DNA of 64,000 nt from an uncultured Gemmatimonadales bacterium (GTDB taxonomy: Bacteria > Gemmatimonadota > Gemmatimonadetes > Gemmatimonadales > GWC2-71-9). Position 1 is the stretch's first letter; every line of letters starts with the position of its first letter. Positions 29,372-40,612 of this stretch are shown piece by piece. Position numbers and translations under genes: made by a program. The notes beneath the pieces were generated by a model. It did no database searches and was not told where the DNA came from. It was given only the letters and a program-made list of their open reading frames with translations. The stretch is taken from positions 224,001 through 288,000 of the forward strand of contig CAWJIM010000023.1 of assembly GCA_963842945.1 (NCBI GenBank). The letters run 5' to 3'.

Positions 29372-29387
29372 TGTGACGAGACTCACA
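29372..29387. promoter_or_regulatory. Crp/Fnr-family binding site
   Basis: TGTGA-CGAGAC-TCACA, exact TGTGA-N6-TCACA in a divergent intergenic region. Confidence 0.65.
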
Positions 29388-29598
29388 GGATTTTGGGGGC
29401 ACCGGTCCCGGACTTCGGCAGCCAAGATCGCAACATTTGACCCCGCCAAAAATCAGTTAGGCCCCGGCATTTCCCAGAAGCAATCGAGAGCACTCGAGAT
29501 TGCCGGAGCAGCAGGACTGCTCTGGGAAAGGAAGGTTTATAGGACCCGCAACCGAGATTCGCCCGGCCGGAGCTCATTTGTCAACGCACGAGCACGTC

Positions 29599-32299
29599 AT
29601 GCAGCCTCACTATGCGATTGTAGTTTTTTCCCACCTTCGCTGGAGCTTCGTTTATCAGCGTCCTCAGCACCTGCTTTCCCGGCTGGCCGCTACCCGACCG
29701 GTTTTTTTCGTCGAGGAGCCAGAGTTCGACCGAAATGGCCCTCCCCGCTGGGAGCGCAGCAGCCCGCAACCCAACGTGGTGGTCCTGCGGCCTCAGACCC
29801 CGGTCGGGCCCCGGGCTTCGACGCCGACCAGCTTCCCCTGCTGGAGCCGCTGATTGCCCAGCTGGCCGAGGCGCTGGAAGGTCGACCCATCGTTACCTGG
29901 TTGTATACCCCGATGGCCCTGCCGCTGGCTCAAGCCTTGTCTCCGGCTGTAGTGGTCTATGACTGCATGGATGAGCTCTCGCTGTTCCTGGGCGCTCCGC
30001 CCGAGCTGCTTGAGCCGCGAGGCGGCAGCTGCTGGAGTGTGCCGATGTCATGTTCACCGGCGGGCCCAGCCTGTTCCGGGCAAAGCAGTCCCGCCACCCG
30101 AACGTGCACTGCTTTTCCAGCAGCGTGGACGCGGCCACTTTCGGCTGCGGGACGACGAGGACGGCGTTCAGCGAGGCGGAGGACCAGGCGCGCTCTTCCG
30201 CATCCGCGGCTGGGCTTCTACGGCGTGATCGACGAGCGGCTGGACCTGGCCTTGATCGACCGCATCGCCGAGGCACACCCGGAGTGGCAGATCGTGCTGG
30301 TCGGTCCGGTGGTCAAGATCGATCCCGACCAGTCTGCCGCGTCGAGCCGAACATCCACTACTTCGGCCAGCGCACCTACGACGAGCTGCCCGGCTATCTC
30401 GCCGGCTGGGACGTGTGCCTGCTCCCGTTCGCCCGGAACGACGCCACCCGAGTTCATCAGTCCGACCAAGACGCTCGAATACATGGCGGCGGAACTGCCC
30501 GATCGTCAGCACGCCGATCACCGATGTGGCCGAGCCGTACGGCGACATCGTCTATCTCGGCGACACGCCGGCGGAGTTCCTGGCCGCGTGCGAGGCGGCG
30601 CTGAACGCAGGCGCCTGAGGAACGGGCCAGCCGGACCGACCAGGATGCGCGGGGTGCTGGCCGGCACGTCCTGGGACGTCACGGCCTGCAGCGATGGAGA
30701 AACTGCTGCGCAATGCCGCGGTGGCAAAGGCTACGAAACCGCCGTGCCGAGCTGTAAACACTCTGAAAGGATTCGAGGGTCCTCCGCATGCCACCTCGAA
30801 CATTCGGATACCTCGGAATCCGTCAGCACCGGTGGTCGTGGTCGGGGCGGGTCCGACCGGCTGAGCGCGGCCTACCACCTCGGACGAGACCGCTCTGCTC
30901 GTGGAGCAGGCCGACCGCGTCGGCGGCTGGTGCCGGTCGATCGAGGACAATGGCTTCACCTTCGACATGGCCGGCCACATCATGTTCTCCAACGATCCGT
31001 ACGTCCACGAGATGTACGAGATGCTGCTGGGCGACAACGTCCACTGGCAGGACCGCGAGGCGTGGATCTACAGCAAGAGCGTCTACACCCGCTATCCGTT
31101 CCAGGGCGCGCTCTACGGTCTGCCGCCGGACGTAATCAAGGAATGCATCGTCGGGCGCGATCGAGGCGCGGTTCGGCAGCCTCACCGCCAAGAAGCCGGC
31201 CGCCGACAAAGGCGACCAACGACGATTATACAGGTCCCGAGCGGCGCGGCATGTTCGAGCCGCTGATGAAGGCCGGCGGAACGCGGCAAGCGGCTCGCGT
31301 ACTCGGGTCAGGAGCGGCGAACTACTGCGACCCACAAAGGCGAGCCACGGAACTTCGAGGAGTTCATCTACAAGGTGTGGGGCGCCGGGATCGCCAAGCA
31401 CTTCGCCATCCCGTACAACCGGAAGCTCTGGGCGGTGCCGCTGGACGAGATGGAGACCTCGTGGCTGGGCGGGCGGGTGCCGCTCCCGAACCTCGAGGAG
31501 ATGATCGAGGGCGCGCTGTCGCCGGTCGCCAAGCCGATGGGCCCGAATGCGCGCTTCGGCTATCCGCTGCGCGGCGGGTTCCAGGCGCTGATGGACGGCT
31601 TCCTGCCGCACCTCAAGGGCGAGCTTCGGCTGAAGACCAGGGTCACCGCCGTATCGCCTTCAACGGCATACGGTGACCCTGTCGCGACGGAAGCGTCGTT
31701 CCCTACGAATACCTGATCAGCACCATGCCGCTGCCCGCACTCATTCGCGCGATCGGCGACGAAGCTCCGGCCGAGGTGCGGCGGGCGGCGGCCGGCACTG
31801 CGGCACGTCTCGGTACGCTGCGTGAACATCGGCGTCGGACGGGAGAACCTGACCGAGAAGCACTGGATCTACTACCCGGAGGACACGGTCTTCCACCGGA
31901 TCTTCGTGCAGGGCAACGCGAGCCCGCACTGCAATCCGCCGGGCGGCTTCGGACTGACCTGCGAGATCACCTACTCCGACGCCAAGCCGCTGCCGGCGAC
32001 GGCGACGCGTTGATCGAGCGCTGCATCGAGGACTGCCACAAGGTCGGCTTCTTCACCGCCGGACGACCCGATCTGGGCGGCCAACCAGGTCGACATGCCC
32101 GATCGCCTACGTGGTCTACGACCACGACCGGGCCGCGAAACGTCGAAACGTCATCCGCGACTGGCTGTCGGCGCAGGACATCGTCCTGGCCGGGCGCTAC
32201 ACCGAATGGGAGTACTACAACTCGGACCACGCGTTCATCGCCGGCAAGAAGGCCGCGGAGCAGGTGGCAGAGCTTCAGCGGCAGCAGCAGGTACGATGA
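29599..32299 (+). CDS. Glycosyltransferase fused to FAD-dependent oxidoreductase (UDP-galactopyranose mutase/amine-oxidase-like); many frameshifts
   Basis: SHLRWSFVYQRPQHLLSR, VVYDCMDELS, GVIDERLD, FISPTKTLEYMAA, SWD; reads in frame into VVVGAGPTG; GFTFDMAGH, FGYPLRGGF, GRYTEWEYYNSD. Confidence 0.85.
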
Positions 32300-32476
32300 A
32301 TCGCGGCTGTGACGTCAAGTCGGGTGAAGCAGTCTAGGCCAGTGAAGTCTCAGCCGAGCATCTTCACAAGCACACCGCGAGCGGGCCACTGAGCCAGTTT
32401 GCCATCAAGGTAGGTCCCTCGCTACGCTTCACCGTTTACTGTCAATGCTGCTCCCCGTCTTTAATCTATTAATGCC

Positions 32477-33761
32477 ATGACTGACGATCCTCTGCGCCGT
32501 CGGCCTGAGGACTTCCTGTGGGCCACCGGTATCGAGGATACGTTCGTGCCCCAGACCCGGCCGGGCCACCGGGCCCTCGATGAGTACCAGCTCATCGGGC
32601 ATTACGAGCACTGGCGCGAAGACCTGGCGTCTGGTGCGCGATCTGGGCCTCAAGATGGTGCGTTGGGGGGTGCCCTGGTACCGGCTGGAGCCGTTTCAGC
32701 CCGGGGAGTTCGACTGGCGCTGGACCGACCAGGTCATACCCTACATGGTCGAGGAGCTGGGGATCACGCCCGATCGTAGACCTGATGCATTACGGTTGCC
32801 CCTTCTGGCTCCGCCGGGAATTCGCCAGCACCGAGTACCCCTCCGCCGTCGCGGCGTACGCTGCCGCGTTTGCCCGAGCGCTACGCCGGCTGGTGCACTG
32901 GTACACTCCGCTCAACGAGCCGATCGTCACCGCCCTGTTCTGCGGGCAGCGCGGGCCTCTGGCCTCCCTACCTCCGGAGTGAGAGCGGGTACGTGCAGAT
33001 CATGCTGCAGGTGGTGGAAGGAATCATCCAGACCAGCGCGGCGCTGCTGCGCGGTGAATCCCGAGATGCTGCTGGTGCACGTGGAAGCCACTGGACTCAG
33101 CCGCACCGCCCGCGAGGACCTCCACGCAGTGGCCCAGGAGGAGCAGTCCCGGACCTTTCTTCCCTTCGATCTTCTGACCGGCAGGGTCACCCCGGACCAT
33201 CCGCTATTCCCCTGGCTGGTTCGGAACGGGGCCTCGCCCGACCGGCTCGCAGCGATCGCGGCGCGTCCGGTGCCGTTCAGCCTGATGGGACTCAACTTCT
33301 ATCCCCAGTGGTCCACCACCCAGCTCTACATCGACCGGAGGGGCCGGCTGGCTTACCAGCCGGTGGAACAGGACGGCGCCGGCTTCAGCCACGGTCTATC
33401 GAGGACTATTACCAGCGGTACGGCTTGCCGATCATGGTCACGGAGACCAGCGCCAAGGGGCGATGAAACAGTGCGCGCCCGCTGGCTAGAGGCGTCCGTG
33501 GCCGCTATCCGCGGCCTGCGGGGCCGAGGTATCCCCGTCCTGGGCTACACCTGGTTTCCACTCTTCACCATGATCGACTGGAAGTACCGCTTTGGGCGGG
33601 GTCCGCTGGAGGAATACCGCCTGGAGCTGGGTCTGTACACCCTGGATGGCGCTGCCGGCCGCTGGGGGCCAACACCGCTGGTCGAGCAGTTTCGAAGCTA
33701 TATGAGCGATGCGAGAACTGCGATCGGGAATCTGGGACTGGAACAGAGTCTCTCGAGCTGA
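32477..33761 (+). CDS. GH1-like beta-glucosidase (frameshifted)
   Basis: FLWATGIEDT, HYEHWREDL, VRWGVPW, DLMHYG, TPLNEP (acid/base), GLNFYP, MVTETS (nucleophile), GYTWFP. Confidence 0.88.
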
Positions 33762-33766
33762 AGTCG

Positions 33767-35099
33767 ATGACATGCACCCATGGACCCGCACCACAGCCCT
33801 GGAGACGTCGAGCCGCCCACGACCACGCGCGACTAGACCTCACTGCCCCGGCCGTACTCGGGCCGATACTCCGATCTGTTCCGCTCCTTCTGGATCGGCC
33901 GGATTCGAGTCGGCTGTCCATATCAACCGCGTCCGGCGTGCGGCTCGACATGGTCTCTGCCACCCAGCATGACCGGTGGGTGGACGAGGACTATGCGCCG
34001 GCTGGCAGAGTGGGGCATCCGCACGGTGCGGGAAGGGATTGCGCTGGCACCTGATCGAGACGGCTGGACGGTTCGATTTTTCCTCGCTGCTGCCGACGGT
34101 CGAGGCTGCTCGGCGCCATGGCATCCAGGTGATCTGGGCTCTCTGTCACTATGGATGGCCAGATGACCTGGATCTGTTCTCGCGCCGCGATTCATCGACC
34201 GTTTTGCTCGTTACTGCGGCGCAGGCGGCACGCTTCATCGGCGATCACACCGACGGGTCTCAGTTCTACACTCCGATCAACGAGATCTCCTTTCTGGCCT
34301 GGGCCGCGGGAGAGAAGGCATACATCCATCCCCACCGGGAGGACGCCGGGAGAGCCTGATCAAGCGAGCAGCTGATCCGGGCGACGATTCGCGGGTATCG
34401 AGGCAATCTGGACGGTGGACCCACGTGCCCGGATCATGCACACTGAGCCGCTGATTCACGTGCTCACGCCAAGGACGCCCGGATCTGGCCCGCGCCGCCG
34501 CCGACCAGCGGGCCGCGCAGTTCGAGGCGTGGGACATGCTGGCCGGTGCCATGGAGCCCCAGCTGGGCGGCCACCCCCGGTATCTCGATGTAGTCGGCGT
34601 CAACTACTACCACGCCAATCAGTGGGAACATCCCGACCAACGCCTACGCTGGGAGGACACGCCCCGGGATCCCCGCTGGCTGCCTTTCAGCTCATTGCTG
34701 GCTGAGGTGTACTACCGCTACTGGCGGCCGGTTGTGGTGAGCGAGACCAGCCACTTTGGCGCCGGACGGGGGCGCTGGATTCGCGAGGTCGGTAAGGAGG
34801 TGGGCGAGCTCGCGAGGCAGGGGTGCGCGTCGACGGGCTGTGCATCTATCCGATCATCGACCGGCCCGACTGGGACGACCCGAACCATTGGCACAACAGT
34901 GGGCTCTGGGATCTCCGCCGAAATAGCGGGGAAGCTCGAGCGGGTATTGAATGAGGAATACGCGACCGACCTCCGGGGAGCCCAGACCGCCTCCGCTCGG
35001 CCAGCCTCGGCTGAGGACGTCGGTTCGCCTCGATTCCGCATTCTCGGTCCCTTCCGAGTTCCTATGGCATCGTCACCGGCGGCCGATTTTCCAGCTTGA
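33767..35099 (+). CDS. Second GH1-like beta-glucosidase/amine-oxidase-associated protein (frameshifted)
   Basis: GFES, LDMVSATQHD, VIWALCHYGWPDD, TPINEISF, VGVNYYHANQW, VVSETS, YPIIDRPDW. Confidence 0.85.
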
Positions 35100-37926
35100 C
35101 CCGGTCCTCCGGCGCCCCGGTCCGAGCGGTCCGGGCGATCAGATCCCGCATCATGATGCTTGCCACCGGATGGGTTCCGAGATGATCACGGATGCCATAG
35201 GTGCAGATCATCAGCCTCCCTCGGTCAATGGCGCGCTCCGCCACCAGCGCGACCACATGATGCACCCAGCCCACGAAGAGACCGGAGTGCACGTTGGCCG
35301 CGAAGTCCCGCGGGGTAAGCCCGACGATCACGGTCTCGGGAGTAAGGTCGGCAAAGGCGAAATCCACCGTGCCGCCGGTCGGGATATCCCCGAACATCTT
35401 GTCCTGCCGGATCCAGCTCATGCTGCTGGCCCAGTCGCCCTGCCAGCTGCGGCCATGGCGCTGCGCGATGCTGATGGAGCCGAGGTGCGCCTGCTGTGAC
35501 TCCGGCTGCTCGGCGAGCCAGAGTACGCGCCCGCCGTTCTGGACATACCACCGGAGCTCGTCGGTCATCCGCTCGACCACCACCAGGTCCGCCGCGCTTT
35601 CGTCCACCAGCTCGTATCCCATCCCGGCCAGGCGCGCCGAAAGCCGGGGCAGGCCGGGCACCGCTATGCGGAGGTCGGGCGAGGGCTTCTCGAATCGAGG
35701 GAAGAAGTAGAGCTCATGGTGGTTCCGGGTGACCAGCTCGCCCGCCGCATTGAAGAGACGCATTTCGAGCCGAGCCCGGGCCGGCCGGTCCAGCCGGGGC
35801 ACATCGAACACCGCGGTGCCGATATTGGTGAGCTGGGCTCGCTGCGGGATCACCGCCTCGAAGGAGCCCCGAAGGTCCGGCCACTGGTCAAGCTGCCATT
35901 CCAGGCGGCAGCCCCGGAGATCGGCCGACGAGAAATGCGAGAGCGCCAGCTTCACCTCACAGCGCTCGCCTTCCCAGAACGCGATTCGCTCCCAGTCGGT
36001 CGGGACGATCGCATCCGGGACTGTTGACCTGGCCGATGACGTCGTAGAACGTCTTGGGGTTGCGGCACATGTCCAGCAGCCCGTTGCTCTCCCAGTGGAC
36101 GTCGGTGAACTCGGTGATCACGTAGCCCACGATGCTCGGGTGCCGCCGCATCTGCTCGATCTGATATTTCAGCGCCGTGAACTGCATCCGCTGGCTGGCC
36201 GCCGGCAAGGTCGGACAGGGTGGGGAAAACCTTGTCGAGATGGAACGCCTTGAACCGCTGCTCGATCCCGTGGGGGTAGACGACGCCGTCGCCCCACTCG
36301 ATCCCGGTCTCGAACCACCAGGGCTCACGGCCGCCGTAGCACTCTTTCAGCTTTGCCGACATCGGGCAGGCCCCAGTTGCCGAACTCGGAGACCACCATC
36401 GGCTCACTGCCGCGCCGCCGAACTTCGGGCGCCGGCTGTCGGGGTATCGGATTCCAGGGATCTCGGATGTATTCCCGCCACGACTCGATGCTTTCGTACA
36501 CATGGGCAAAGGTCCACGGCGGCCGGCTGGCAAAGGTCTGAACCCACTCCTTCCACTTCCGGTAGTGGTCCGGCATCGCGTAGTAGTTGTGAAAGTCCTC
36601 GATGTCGGTGACCACGTGAAAGTTGGTAAAGCAGGGTGAGTTCCCCACCACCAGCCGGTGCGGATCCAGCGCCTTCAGCTCGGTGTACATGTCCGCCAGC
36701 CAGGCGCGATGGCCGGCGTTGACCGCCAGGTCTACGCCCCAGTTCTCGTTGACGATGGTCCAGATGATGATCGACGGGTGGTTCCAGTCCCGTTCGACCA
36801 TGCCGAACAGCGTCTCCTTCGCCCGCCGCTTGGCGGCATCGGTCAGCTCCTGCCAATTGGGAAGCTCGGTCCAGATCAGAAGCCCGATCCGGTCCGCTGC
36901 GTCGTAATAGCGGGGATCGGTGATCTTGATGTGGGTCCGCAGACAGTTGAGCCCCATATGCTTCGCCTTGGCGAACTGCTCCTCCAGCTCGGCGTCGCTG
37001 AACGGGGTGTAGATCAGGTCCGGGTAGTAGTCCTGGTCCAGCGCCCCCCGGAGATAGAGCACCTTCCCGTTCAGCAGCAGATGGCCGGTGGACGAGGTCG
37101 CGATGGTTCGCATCCCGAACCGGGTTCCCGACTGGTCCACCGGCTCGGCCCGGTCGTCGTTGCTGTCGAGCAGCACGGCCTGCAGCTCATAGAGGTTGGG
37201 CACCGTGGTATCCCAGAGCATGGGGTCCGGAACCGGTATGGTGAGCTGCTCAGCCTCATGGCCGGTCCCGACCACCAGGCGGTGGCGGCGCTGCTGCCCT
37301 CGCGGATCGGTGATGTTGAGCCAGAGACCCAGCGGTTTGTCGGCCGGTCGATTGAGTATGACATCCACCCGGATCTGCTCGCCCGGCACATCCGGAGTGA
37401 CCCGCAGCCGGGTCAGGTGGGTGCGGGCCCGGCGCTCCAAATACACGCTCTGCCAGATTCCGCCGATCGGGCCATACCAGCTCTGCTTGCCGTGGGGGAT
37501 TTCGGCGAAGGTAAACTCGGGAGGAAAGTCGGCGTCATTGCCTGGATCGATCACCCGCACAACCAGCTCGTTGGGGCCCTCGCGGCGAAGGCTATCGGTC
37601 ACATCGAGCTCAAAGGGCAGGTATCCGCCCTCGTGCTCGCCGACCTGCTGGCCGTTGAGCCACACCGAGGTGAAGTAGTCCACCGCCCCAAAGTGGAGCA
37701 CGTGGCCAGCGGGCTGGCCATTCGAGCGTCCCTCCCCCAGCTCGAATTGCCGGCGGTACCAGGCTACGCCACTGTAGTCTCTGAGGTCTTCGAATTGGGC
37801 CTGCCAGGGACCGGGTACCCTGATCTTTCGCCCCTCATTTTTCCCGAGTGTGGTCGGCGTGAGACTTTGCTGAGGATCGGGGAAGAATTCCCACTCGCCG
37901 TCGAGATTGGTGCGCTGACGAATCAC
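35062..37926 (-). CDS. Glycoside hydrolase family 2 (frameshifts near 36340, 36205 and 36020)
   Basis: [57 protein letters not shown]. Confidence 0.92.
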
Positions 37927-37999
37927 GTCTTGACTCCAGAGCGTGCTAAAGAGAACTCATGGGCCATGTAAGAGAGGCATGCCCGGCGGGTTTGCAACC

Positions 38000-38414
38000 T
38001 TAACGGGAGATAACCCGGGAACTGGTGCGGAGGCCGCGCCGCCGCTCCAGCCAGGTGCCGGCCAGGCGCACCGATCAGTCCCGCCACCGCCGCGGTGGCA
38101 GTGACGACGGCTATGCCGTAGGCAAACACCCGAGACTCGCTGACGGTTTGACCTACCGGGCCCGGACCCACCAGCCAGGCGGCAAGTGGACCCAACGTTC
38201 CGTCCAAAAACCCCACGGCTGCAGCGGCAACCACTGCAACGGCCAGACCGGCTCGAAGTGAGACAAGCAGGCCGACACTGAGGTAGACGAAAAGAGAGAC
38301 CGCACCGAGACGAGAGTACGGGAACCCTAGCGGCCTTCCGGTCAGTGCACCAATGATGTCCAGGGCCACCAGCAATGCCGCGGCGCCGAGGATGACCGGG
38401 GTAACCCGTTTCAT
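38000..38414 (-). CDS. Hypothetical membrane protein (frameshift near 38065)
   Basis: About four hydrophobic segments, GAGGAG SD. Confidence 0.6.
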
Positions 38415-38601
38415 AGAGCTCCTCTCGTCTTCTGAACGACCCAGGGCCCTGCAAACACGATCGAGGTCGGAATAGTGCAGGACAGTAAGGTGTACTCAAG
38501 TGATTCGATCAACAAGCGGGACTATCGATCTGCCGGGTGGTATGGGCCGGTGTACTATTAGGTCTCTGCTGCCCTCCCTCCTTCTCAGGAGCCGATGTCC
38601 C

Positions 38602-38967
38602 ATGCTTCTCCTGTTTCTCGCGATCGGGGTGGTTGCTGGAGTGTTATCGGGATTGTTCGGCATCGGTGGTGGTATTCTCATTATCCCCTCGCTCATCTTT
38701 TTCGCCAAGTTCCACACCAAGCTGGCCATCGGCACCTCACTCGGCGCCATGCTCCTGCCCGTAGGGCTCCTCGGTGCCTACGCCTACTACCTGCAGGGCA
38801 ACATCCATATCAAAGGCTCACTCCTTATTGGCCTCGGCCTCTTCTTGGGCGCCTACCTGGGCGCACGGCTGGCCCAAACCATTCCGAGTCCCACCCTGCA
38901 GCGAATGTTTGCCGTGTTCATCGTCCTCATGGCCATTCGACTCTGGCTCGAGGCCGGCAGAGGATAA
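38602..38967 (+). CDS. Sulfite exporter TauE/SafE (TSUP) family, half-size
   Basis: AGVLSGLFGIGGGILIIP, AIGTSL, GAYLGARLA. Confidence 0.88.
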   Translation: MLLLFLAIGVVAGVLSGLFGIGGGILIIPSLIFFAKFHTKLAIGTSLGAMLLPVGLLGAYAYYLQGNIHIKGSLLIGLGLFLGAYLGARLAQTIPSPTLQRMFAVFIVLMAIRLWLEAGRG

Positions 38968-38970
38968 GCC

Positions 38971-39477
38971 ATGTCCAGCGCGTCCGACCCGATCCGGCTC
39001 ACCTCTGCCGACTTCAGCCACGGCGGCAGCATACCCCTTACTCACAGCTGTGAGGGCGAAAATCTCTCACCGGCCCTGGCATGGGAGGGAGTTCCGGTCG
39101 AGCGCCGCAGCATGGCGCTGGTCTGTGACGACCCGGATGCTCCCCGGGGCACCTGGGTGCATTGGGTGTTGTACAACCTGCCCGGCGAGACGGTGGAGCT
39201 GTCCCGCGGCGTCCCGGCCCTGCCGGAGCTCCCGTCCGGCGCCCGGCAAGGCCGCAACGACTCGGGGGAGATTGGTTACAGCGGACCTTGTCCTCCGCCG
39301 GGAAAGCCTCATCGGTATTACTTCCGCATCTACGCTCTGGACATCATGCTCACCCTGCCCCACGGAGTCTCCAGGGCCGAGCTGGAGCGTGCCATGGCCG
39401 ATCACATATTGGCTCAGGGGACGCTGATGGGGACGTATCAGCGGGGCAGCGGGGCAGCGGGGCAGCAGGGCCGTTAA
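38971..39477 (+). CDS. YbhB/YbcL (PEBP/RKIP-like) protein
   Basis: GENLSPALAW, DDPDAP.GTWVHWV, GYSGPCPP, HRYYFRIYALD. Confidence 0.94.
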   Translation: MSSASDPIRLTSADFSHGGSIPLTHSCEGENLSPALAWEGVPVERRSMALVCDDPDAPRGTWVHWVLYNLPGETVELSRGVPALPELPSGARQGRNDSGEIGYSGPCPPPGKPHRYYFRIYALDIMLTLPHGVSRAELERAMADHILAQGTLMGTYQRGSGAAGQQGR

Positions 39478-39542
39478 ACCAGGGCACGACCAGTTTCATT
39501 TGAGAGAGACACTGCCCCGCCGCCCAGCCGCCCCGCTGCCCC
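39439..39542. repeat. Hairpin element of inverted 8-mer tandem repeats
   Basis: (CAGCGGGG)x3+CAGCAGGG at 39439-39470 and complementary CTGCCCCG/CCGCCCAG/CCGCCCCG/CTGCCCC at 39512-39542. Confidence 0.8.
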
Positions 39543-39556
39543 TCTAAGTTTCGACT

Positions 39557-40612
39557 ATGCCTCTCCTCACTCTCACCGATCGAGGCTTCTACTGCGAGCC
39601 GGGAGACTTTTACGTCGATCCCTGGGAGCCGGTGGACCGGGCGGTGATCACTCACGCCCACGGCGACCATGCGACCTGGGGCTCCCGGGCCTACCTGACA
39701 GCGGAGCCCGGGGTGCCGGTCCTGCGAGCTCGTATGGGGCCGGCAGCCGCCATTCGGGGCGTCCGTTACGGCCAGGCGATCAGCGTGAACGGGGTTACCG
39801 TGTCCCTCCATCCGGCAGGGCATATCCTGGGATCGGCTCAGGTTCGTCTGGTACATCGGGGCGAGGTCTGGGTTGTCTCCGGCGATTACAAAACCGATCC
39901 GGACCCTACCTGTACTCCCTTCGAGCCGGTCCGCTGCCACACCTTCGTCACTGAATCCACTTTCGGGCTCCCGATCTACCGTTGGCCGCCTCAGTCTGAG
40001 GTATTCGCCGACATCAACAGCTGGTGGCAGGCGAACGCCGCGGCAGGCAAGGTCAGCATGCTCTATGGCTACACCCTGGGGAAGGCGCAGCGGCTGATTG
40101 CCGGACTGGACCCTGCCATTGGGCCCATTCTCACCCACGGAGCGGTCGAGAGGATGACCGCCGCCTATCGGGCCGCGGGCGTTGAGCTCCCTCCCACGCA
40201 GTATGCCGGAACCCTGGAGCGGAGGGTGGATGCCGCAGGCGCAATCGTGGTGGCACCCCCCCATGCCAGTGGCTCCCCCTGGACTCGGCGCTTCGGCCAT
40301 CAGTCTACGGCGTTCGCCTCAGGGTGGATGCTGGTCCGCGGTGCCCGGCGGCGCCGGGCACTCGATCGCGGCTTCCCGCTGTCGGACCATGTCGATTGGC
40401 CCAGTCTCCTCGCAAGCATCGAGGCATCCGGCGCGGCCGAGATCTGGGTCACCCACGGCTTCACCGCGCCGGTTGTCCGCTGGCTCCGCGAACGGGGTCT
40501 GGACGCTCAGGCGGTGCAGACCCGGTTCGAAGGCGAACGGGATGATGAGGTCAGTGAGGAAGCAGGGACTCTGGGTGGCGGGGAGGCCGTGGCAGACGAG
40601 GCAGTGCTGTGA
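39557..40612 (+). CDS. Ligase-associated DNA damage response exonuclease (MBL/beta-CASP, TIGR04122 type)
   Basis: ITHAHGDH, HPAGHILGSAQ, SGDYK, TESTFGLP, LGKAQR, LSDHVDW, THG. Confidence 0.95.
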   Translation: MPLLTLTDRGFYCEPGDFYVDPWEPVDRAVITHAHGDHATWGSRAYLTAEPGVPVLRARMGPAAAIRGVRYGQAISVNGVTVSLHPAGHILGSAQVRLVHRGEVWVVSGDYKTDPDPTCTPFEPVRCHTFVTESTFGLPIYRWPPQSEVFADINSWWQANAAAGKVSMLYGYTLGKAQRLIAGLDPAIGPILTHGAVERMTAAYRAAGVELPPTQYAGTLERRVDAAGAIVVAPPHASGSPWTRRFGHQSTAFASGWMLVRGARRRRALDRGFPLSDHVDWPSLLASIEASGAAEIWVTHGFTAPVVRWLRERGLDAQAVQTRFEGERDDEVSEEAGTLGGGEAVADEAVL

